A stretch of DNA of 8,223 nucleotides from an uncultured Erysipelotrichaceae bacterium (GTDB lineage: Bacteria > Bacillota_I > Bacilli_A > Erysipelotrichales > Erysipelotrichaceae), in NCBI GenBank assembly GCA_964457525.1, contig CAYWGS010000064.1:1-8223 (forward strand). The letters run 5' to 3'. How positions within the stretch are numbered: the stretch's first letter is position 1; each line of letters begins with the position of its first letter. The notes beneath the pieces were generated by a model. It was not told the origin of the DNA. It saw only the letters and a program-made list of their open reading frames with translations, and made no database searches. The position numbers and the translations under genes are program-made. Positions 1 through 4,693 of this stretch are shown piece after piece.

Positions 1-34
1 TGGACCTTTTCATTTGTCTTCTATTCAAAGCTGT

Positions 35-1165
35 TTATTCGTTACAGCCTCTTTTCTTTATGATAGGACCTTCTATTTCTCGTTGGATGATTTCATTCTG
101 TATTTGTTTATCAAACGCATAGGCATATGCTTGTGTTGCCTTGAGTTCGATTTCTCTTAATTTAGGGGGCATTTGATTAAATCTTGAAGCAATCTTTACA
201 TCTGATTCACGTAGTGTTTTTAAGTAATCTTGACCTTTAGTATTAAACCCTAAGATGCGAACACTATTAAGATTCTCTAACTTAGGAATATCAGTGCGTT
301 TAGTATGAGTTAATAAATGAACACAAGCACGTTGAATTCGAGCTCTTGTGTAACGTTTACCAATACAGTTTTGCATGAATTCTTCAAATGTATGTGAATG
401 TTTAATTTGTTTCTTAAAATGATTTTCAAGTCCTTCATCCATTAAGAATATTGTTTGAAGATCTTCTTTGCTTAATGTATAGAGTTTTGTCTTCAAGTAA
501 TCAAAGTAATCTTCCCACTGGATGGGTTTATGTTTATTTAGTTCATCATAAAGTGGAGTATATTCTTGAACATCTTTACCTTCAAAAACAGCTTTACGAA
601 TGGCTGTTGCGCTCGCAATTTTATGATTTAATTCTTCTTCATGATAATGATTCGTTCTTTGGATACAATGTGGAGTGATTGAAGTTTCTTGGATTGCCTT
701 AAGATAGGCGATCCCTAATATATCATTTGGATGAAAAGATCCTTGAACTAAACCATAAGCTTTTGGATAACCCATACCCATGTTTAGATTCTCTTTTAAA
801 CCATCCACATTAATCGGTAAATCAGCCATGAGTTGTAATGTTTCAATATCGTTGCTTTCACTTCCAAACACAATATCCGTACATCCCATCATTTCTAATA
901 TTCGTACAGATGCATTTGCGAAGTGTTTAGCGCTTTGTACGACAAAAGGATAGGGCAACTCACATACAATATCAATTCCGCTATTGAGAGCCGTTTCTGT
1001 ACGTATCCATTTATTCAATATGGTAGGTTCACCACGTTGCACAAAATGACCACTCATAACACAGATGAGTAGATCACATTGAGTGAGTTCACGTGTCATA
1101 TCAATATGATATTGATGTCCATTGTGAAAAGGGTTATATTCGGTTATTATTCCAGCTATTTTCAT
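35..1165 (-). CDS. tmcAL: tRNA(Met) cytidine acetate ligase TmcAL (YlbM/UPF0348 nucleotidyltransferase family), 376 aa
   Basis: Full-length ORF. The N-terminus MKIAGIITEYNPFHNGHQYH carries the HxGH-type nucleotidyltransferase motif (NPFHNGH) and closely resembles my recollection of the B. subtilis YlbM N-terminus. It lies divergent to a ylbN-rpmF block, as in Bacillus. No Shine-Dalgarno is visible upstream of the ATG (see findings). Confidence 0.85.
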   Translation of the reverse strand: MKIAGIITEYNPFHNGHQYHIDMTRELTQCDLLICVMSGHFVQRGEPTILNKWIRTETALNSGIDIVCELPYPFVVQSAKHFANASVRILEMMGCTDIVFGSESNDIETLQLMADLPINVDGLKENLNMGMGYPKAYGLVQGSFHPNDILGIAYLKAIQETSITPHCIQRTNHYHEEELNHKIASATAIRKAVFEGKDVQEYTPLYDELNKHKPIQWEDYFDYLKTKLYTLSKEDLQTIFLMDEGLENHFKKQIKHSHTFEEFMQNCIGKRYTRARIQRACVHLLTHTKRTDIPKLENLNSVRILGFNTKGQDYLKTLRESDVKIASRFNQMPPKLREIELKATQAYAYAFDKQIQNEIIQREIEGPIIKKRGCNE

Positions 1166-1172
1166 GATAATT

Positions 1173-1181
1173 ACTATAACA
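1173..1181 (-). promoter_or_regulatory. Candidate extended -10 box (TGTTATAGT on the minus strand) for tmcAL, 7 nt upstream of its ATG
   Basis: The minus strand reads ...TAGATA-(17 nt)-TATAGT-aattatc-ATG, with TG one base upstream of the hexamer. TAGATA matches the -35 consensus at 4/6. Sequence pattern only; no transcript data. Confidence 0.3.
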
Positions 1182-1237
1182 TAGGGTTATCATTTTATCT
1201 ATAAGAGGTGTATGATGATTGTAGTGAGGGTTTATCT

Positions 1238-2149
1238 ATGAAAGAAATAATCTATACATCTCCTTTTGATTCGCAGAAGTTAAAAGCGTATTTCTACGAA
1301 GTAAATCAACCAAAAGCTTTTATTTGTATATTTCATGGTATGGCAGAACATCAGCTAAGATACCGTAAGTTAGCAGAATTTTTGAATCAAAATCATTTTA
1401 GTGTATTGACCATTGATCATAGAGGTCATGGTGAAAGTTTGTTCGATGGAAATTTAAAAGGGTATTTTGCGAATGAGGATGGATGGCAAAAAAATTTAGA
1501 TGATATGCATGCGATTATCCATCTAGTAAAACCAGATAATATTCCATTTATTCTATTCGGGCACAGTATGGGAAGTTTGGTTGCACGATCTTATTTAAAA
1601 AAATATGGAGAAGAATTAAGTGGTTTATATTTGAGTGGATCACCGGATGAAAGTCCTATGGCGAGTGTTGGAATTACATTGGCTAAATTAATTCGAAGTT
1701 TTAAAGGAAAAAAACATGCCTCACCTTTTATGACAAAACTATCGTTTGGTAGTTTTAATAAAGCAATTAAAGATCCTAAAACAACTATGGATTGGTTAAG
1801 TATTAATGAAGAGAATGTAAAGAAATACATTCAAGATGATTTATGTGGTTTTGATTTTACAACTCAAGCTTATGTCGATATGTTAGAAGGAATTCACGAA
1901 GTTTATCATGATACGTGGAATGTTTTAAATCCTGAACTTCCTATACAGTTTGTAAGTGGTGAATTTGATCCTTGTTTCTTACCGAATGGTTTAGAAAAGG
2001 CGGCTAATCGTTTAAAAGAGTTGGGATATAAAAATGTTAATTACTCATTAGTAATAGGTTGCCGACATGAAATATTCAATGAAACAAAGCGAGATGAAGT
2101 GTTTGATTCATTCATTAATTGGCTGAATAATGTTGTAAACGTGAATTAG
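1238..2149 (+). CDS. alpha/beta hydrolase, monoacylglycerol-lipase / lysophospholipase-like (Hydrolase_4-type), 303 aa from ATG 1238
   Basis: Motifs seen: HG oxyanion motif (FHGMAEH), DHRGHGES, nucleophile elbow GHSMGS, and candidate acid and His residues (GEFDP, CRHEIFNE). The ORF track starts at GTG 1208, but AAGAGG abuts that GTG with zero spacing. ATG 1238 has GAGGG (1226-1230) 7 nt upstream, so 1238 is preferred. Confidence 0.8.
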   Translation: MKEIIYTSPFDSQKLKAYFYEVNQPKAFICIFHGMAEHQLRYRKLAEFLNQNHFSVLTIDHRGHGESLFDGNLKGYFANEDGWQKNLDDMHAIIHLVKPDNIPFILFGHSMGSLVARSYLKKYGEELSGLYLSGSPDESPMASVGITLAKLIRSFKGKKHASPFMTKLSFGSFNKAIKDPKTTMDWLSINEENVKKYIQDDLCGFDFTTQAYVDMLEGIHEVYHDTWNVLNPELPIQFVSGEFDPCFLPNGLEKAANRLKELGYKNVNYSLVIGCRHEIFNETKRDEVFDSFINWLNNVVNVN

Positions 2150-2151
2150 CG

Positions 2152-2180
2152 TTGACTTTTAACAGGTTTATCTTTATAAT
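2152..2180 (+). promoter_or_regulatory. Near-consensus sigma-A promoter for yceD-rpmF: TTGACT (2152-2157), 17-nt spacer, TATAAT (2175-2180)
   Basis: Read directly from the sequence: 5/6 match at -35, a perfect -10, and the optimal 17-nt spacer. It lies 28 nt upstream of the yceD ATG and immediately after the hydrolase stop codon (2147-2149). Confidence 0.7.
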
Positions 2181-2207
2181 AAGTCCGTTGACGAAAAGGT
2201 GATTTTT

Positions 2208-2732
2208 ATGAAATGGGCGAAACGTGATTTACAGAGACTTCCATTGGAAGGCGAAGAGATCCAAGTAAGCTTAAACTTTACGGAAGATGAGATACCTTCG
2301 TATATGAATATACGTCGTGTTGAAACGTGTGAAGTAAAGGCAAAACTGAGTTATGATGTGCATTCAAATTTATTGATGGCAGATCTTAAATGTAAAGGTA
2401 GGATGATTCTTCCTTGTTCAATCAGTTTTGAAGACGTTCCTATTTCATTTAAGACGATGTCAAAACTTGTTTATAGCTTTGATCCTGTGGAAGATGATTC
2501 TGATATTATCGTTGTGGATGGAGAAGTGTTGGATTTCAAACCAGAAATCTTAGGATTAATATGGTTAGAAGTACCAGCAGTTGTGATATCTCCAAAGATA
2601 AAGAAGCTACCATCAGGTGAAGGTTGGGAAGTTTTAACAGAAGAAGAATTTGGACGTCGCAAAGAACAAAAGATTGATCCAAGATTATCTAAAATCCTGG
2701 AGTACAAAGCACAAGATGATGAGGAGGTGTGA
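2208..2732 (+). CDS. yceD: YceD/YlbN family protein (DUF177, ribosome-associated, usually co-transcribed with rpmF), 174 aa from ATG 2208
   Basis: Conserved position directly upstream of rpmF. It has an acidic C-terminal half and the C-terminal GWEVL...DPRLSKL motif typical of DUF177. The N-terminus MKW... resembles Bacillus YlbN. AGGTGAT (2197-2203) serves ATG 2208, whereas the ORF-track GTG 2199 lies inside that SD. Confidence 0.8.
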   Translation: MKWAKRDLQRLPLEGEEIQVSLNFTEDEIPSYMNIRRVETCEVKAKLSYDVHSNLLMADLKCKGRMILPCSISFEDVPISFKTMSKLVYSFDPVEDDSDIIVVDGEVLDFKPEILGLIWLEVPAVVISPKIKKLPSGEGWEVLTEEEFGRRKEQKIDPRLSKILEYKAQDDEEV

Positions 2733-2735
2733 TTC

Positions 2736-2894
2736 ATGGCTGTACAACAAAGACGTGTTTCTAAAACAAGAAAAGCAAAACGCAGAACGCATTATAAGTT
2801 GGCTGCACCGACTATGGTGAAGTGTCCTTCATGTGGTGAGTATAAATTGCCTCATCATGTTTGTGAAGCATGCGGACAATACGAAAGTAAATAA
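2736..2894 (+). CDS. rpmF: 50S ribosomal protein L32 (bL32), 52 aa, zinc-ribbon (C+) form
   Basis: My own translation is [52 protein letters not shown]. MAVQQRRxSKxRxxxRR is the classic L32 N-terminus, and CPSC...CEAC gives four Cys ligands. A strong SD, GGAGGTG (2723-2729), sits 6 nt upstream. The gene is below the ORF-track length cutoff. Confidence 0.93.
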   Translation: MAVQQRRVSKTRKAKRRTHYKLAAPTMVKCPSCGEYKLPHHVCEACGQYESK

Positions 2895-2920
2895 GAAAGC
2901 GAATTTCGCTTTTTTAATTT
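2895..2920 (+). terminator. Intrinsic terminator 1 after rpmF (short GC-core hairpin plus T-run)
   Basis: The sequence GAAAGCGAATTTCGCTTTTTTAATTT has AAAGCG(A) at 2896-2902 pairing with (T)CGCTTT at 2906-2912, followed by a T-tract. It begins 1 nt after the rpmF stop. The stem is short (6-8 bp). Confidence 0.55.
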
Positions 2921-2930
2921 AAAGATTAAT

Positions 2931-2969
2931 AGAGATTTTATCGAAAATGATAAAATCTCTTTTATTTTG
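2931..2969 (+). terminator. Intrinsic terminator 2 (perfect 12-bp stem, 6-nt loop, T-rich tail)
   Basis: AGAGATTTTATC (2931-2942), loop GAAAAT, GATAAAATCTCT (2949-2960), then TTTATTTTGTTT. The inverted repeat is perfect, but the stem is AT-rich (3 GC pairs). Confidence 0.6.
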
Positions 2970-2982
2970 TTTCCTATAGGAC

Positions 2983-2988
2983 TATAAT
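2983..2988 (+). promoter_or_regulatory. Candidate -10 box (perfect TATAAT) of the mraZ/dcw promoter
   Basis: TATAAT lies 42 nt upstream of the mraZ ATG, preceded by an A/T-rich tract (UP-like). No good -35 is present (TTTTAT at 17-nt spacing), so confidence is moderate only. Confidence 0.45.
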
Positions 2989-3026
2989 GGTGGTAGAAAG
3001 TGTCATATTGTGGGTAAAAGTGGTGG
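2987..3026 (+). promoter_or_regulatory. Candidate MraZ operator: four direct repeats A-n-n-G-T-G-[G/T] at exact 10-bp phasing
   Basis: The four repeats are atgGTGGtag (2987-2996), aaaGTGTcat (2997-3006), attGTGGgta (3007-3016) and aaaGTGGtgg (3017-3026). The G of each GTG falls at 2990, 3000, 3010 and 3020. The array lies between the -10 box and the mraZ start codon. The pattern matches the phased direct-repeat operators described for MraZ. Confidence 0.6.
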
Positions 3027-3030
3027 AACT

Positions 3031-3462
3031 ATGTTGATGGGTGAATATCGTCACAACACAGACAGTAAGGGAAGAATCATCATTCCGGCTCGTTTTCGTG
3101 AGGAGTTGGGAGATCGTATTATTCTTGCGCGTGGGTTAGATGGATGTATCACTGGTTACACATTACAACAATGGGAAAACATCTTAAATGAATTAAGAAG
3201 TTTACCAAACACCAAACGAGAATCCCGTATGTATGTCCATATGTTAGTCGCTAAAGCAGCAGAGTGTGAATTTGATGCTCAAGGAAGAGTTCTAATTCCA
3301 AATAGTTTAATTCAAGAAGCTGCGATTGAAAAAGAGTGTGTTGTAGTAGGGGTTGTGGATCATTTTGAAATTTGGTCCAGTACTCGTTGGGATGCGTATT
3401 ATGCGAATGCAAGTGCTTCCTTTGAAGAGATTGCGGAACAATTAACGGAGTATGTGAAGTAA
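3031..3462 (+). CDS. mraZ: Division/cell-wall cluster transcriptional regulator MraZ, 143 aa from ATG 3031
   Basis: MLMGEYRHNTDSKGRIIIPARFRE matches the canonical Firmicute MraZ N-terminus (MFMGEYxHxxDxKGR). A second DxxGR motif (DAQGRVLIPNSL) gives the two SpoVT/AbrB-like halves. It is the first gene of the dcw cluster. The ORF-track GTG 3010 start falls inside operator repeat 3 and adds 7 residues absent from homologues. Confidence 0.93.
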   Translation: MLMGEYRHNTDSKGRIIIPARFREELGDRIILARGLDGCITGYTLQQWENILNELRSLPNTKRESRMYVHMLVAKAAECEFDAQGRVLIPNSLIQEAAIEKECVVVGVVDHFEIWSSTRWDAYYANASASFEEIAEQLTEYVK

Positions 3463-3463
3463 T

Positions 3464-4384
3464 ATGGAACATTTACCTATCATGCTTAATGAAGTAATTA
3501 ATGCCTTATCAATCAAGCCAAATGGTATCTATGTGGATGGAACATTTGGAAGAGGTGGACATAGTACTGCGATACTTAATCAATTAGTCGATGGTCATTT
3601 AGTAGTCTTTGATCAAGATGAAAGAGCAATCGAAACCGCAAAACAACTGAGTTTACAATATCCCAATAAAATGACAATCATACAATCTAATTTTGAACAC
3701 TTAAGTGAAAAGTTAGATGAAATAAATATAAAAACAATTGATGGTATCCTCTTAGATTTAGGCGTATCATCACCACAATTTGATGATCCAAGTCGAGGCT
3801 TTAGCTATCGATTTGATACAAGACTCGATATGCGCATGGATTTAAACCAAAGTTTAGATGCTTATCAAGTTATCAATCATTATCCTTTTGAGAAATTAGT
3901 CTATATTTTCCAAGTGTATGGAGAGGAAAAATTCGCAAAGCAAATTGCACGTAAAATTGAGAAACAACGTGAGATTAAACCAATTGAAACAAGCTTTGAA
4001 TTAGTGGATATCATACGTAGTGCTTATCCGAGTAAAGTTTTAAAACAAAAAGGGCATCCGGCTAAACAAGTTTTTCAAGCCATTCGTATCGAAGTAAATC
4101 AAGAGTTAGAAGTTCTTAAGTCTGTACTTGATCAAGCAGTTAGCCGATTAAATCCAGATGGACGATTAGTTATTCTAACATTCCATTCACTCGAAGATCG
4201 AATTGTAAAGCAATATTTTAGTAAATTAACAACTATTGATGTTCCATCAAAAATTCCATTACAAAATCTACCAGTTACAGATTATGAACTTGTTAATAAT
4301 AAAGTAATTACATCACAAGAAGAGGAACTAGAAAGAAATCCTAGAGCACATTCCGCTAAATTGAGGGCACTAAGAAAGAGATAA
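3464..4384 (+). CDS. rsmH: 16S rRNA (cytosine1402-N4)-methyltransferase RsmH (MraW), 306 aa
   Basis: Motifs seen: DGTFGRGGHS (SAM pocket), DLGVSSPQFD...RGFSY, FHSLEDRIVK and NPRAHSAKLR. Its position immediately after mraZ (1-nt gap) is conserved. Confidence 0.93.
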   Translation: MEHLPIMLNEVINALSIKPNGIYVDGTFGRGGHSTAILNQLVDGHLVVFDQDERAIETAKQLSLQYPNKMTIIQSNFEHLSEKLDEINIKTIDGILLDLGVSSPQFDDPSRGFSYRFDTRLDMRMDLNQSLDAYQVINHYPFEKLVYIFQVYGEEKFAKQIARKIEKQREIKPIETSFELVDIIRSAYPSKVLKQKGHPAKQVFQAIRIEVNQELEVLKSVLDQAVSRLNPDGRLVILTFHSLEDRIVKQYFSKLTTIDVPSKIPLQNLPVTDYELVNNKVITSQEEELERNPRAHSAKLRALRKR

Positions 4385-4386
4385 GT

Positions 4387-4692
4387 ATGGCAAAGAAAAT
4401 AACGCGTATCAAACATAAACGAATCAAAATACAAGGTGTATTAGGCCTTGCGTTTACGCTTGCATTATTTGCGTATATTGCCTCATCCATTTTTTTAAGA
4501 GCATATAATGTTCAACTCAGTGTTCAAATCCAAGGTGTTCAAAGTGAAATAGCACTTCTTGAACAATCAAATGAAGTTCTAAGTGTAGAAATACAGTCCT
4601 TAAGCAGTAAAGAGAGAGTCATGGCAATTGCGCTTGATGCTGGTTTAAGTGTTAATCAAGAAAATATTGTGATGATCGACAAAGGAGAATAA
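4387..4692 (+). CDS. ftsL: Cell division protein FtsL (small bitopic membrane protein), 101 aa
   Basis: It has a basic N-terminus, one TM helix (VLGLAFTLALFAYIASSIFL) and then a heptad/coiled-coil-like segment. Its size and its position between rsmH and the division PBP are diagnostic. The primary sequence itself is poorly conserved in this family. Confidence 0.75.
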   Translation: MAKKITRIKHKRIKIQGVLGLAFTLALFAYIASSIFLRAYNVQLSVQIQGVQSEIALLEQSNEVLSVEIQSLSSKERVMAIALDAGLSVNQENIVMIDKGE

Positions 4693-4693
4693 T

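Noticed and set aside
1-34. Possible neighbouring gene at the left edge: a minus-strand ATG at 13-11 (MKRS...) or a plus-strand frame ending at TGA 61-63
   Set aside because: Only 13-60 nt are visible, with no convincing SD and no way to recognise a product. It cannot be supported from this window.
334-345. GAATTCGAGCTC, identical to the EcoRI-SacI start of the pUC-type polylinker (possible vector contamination)
   Set aside because: The match is only 12 nt. The flanks do not continue as polylinker (no GGTACCCGGG). The stretch is in frame within tmcAL, encoding ...TRARIQRA... without disruption.
451-678. 75-aa ORF on the plus strand inside tmcAL
   Set aside because: It lies entirely antisense to a well-supported conserved CDS. 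It has no SD, its sequence is low-information (Leu/Tyr/Ser-rich), and such shadow ORFs are typical of AT-rich DNA.
1164-1193. 7-bp inverted repeat ATGATAA-N16-TTATCAT in the tmcAL/hydrolase divergent region (possible operator)
   Set aside because: The palindrome is short and AT-only, as expected by chance in this composition. The left arm is the tmcAL start codon region. It matches no known regulator motif that I recognise.
1208-1237. ORF-track 5' extensions using GTG starts (1208 for the hydrolase; likewise 2199 for yceD and 3010 for mraZ)
   Set aside because: In each case the GTG lies inside or directly against the SD-like element (or, for 3010, inside an operator repeat). A downstream ATG with proper SD spacing gives an N-terminus that matches homologues.
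1591-1830. 79-aa ORF on the minus strand inside the hydrolase gene
   Set aside because: It is a shadow ORF antisense to a CDS with clear catalytic motifs. It has no SD and no recognisable motif.
2138-2153. Possible terminator hairpin after the hydrolase stop (AACG...CGTT)
   Set aside because: It has only a 4-bp stem with an 8-nt loop and no proper T-run, so it is too weak to call.
2471-2737. 88-aa Ser-rich ORF on the minus strand across the yceD 3' half
   Set aside because: The Ser/Thr-rich low complexity is the mirror image of the acidic GAA/GAT-rich yceD tail. It overlaps the rpmF SD and start, and nothing independent supports it.
2947-2979. 10-codon ORF (MIKSLLFCFL*) in the rpmF-mraZ spacer
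   Set aside because: It has no SD, and its ATG lies in the loop and right arm of the terminator hairpin. The terminator structure explains the sequence better.
3251-3472. 73-aa ORF on the minus strand over the mraZ 3' end and rsmH start
   Set aside because: It is antisense to two strongly supported genes, with no SD and no motif.
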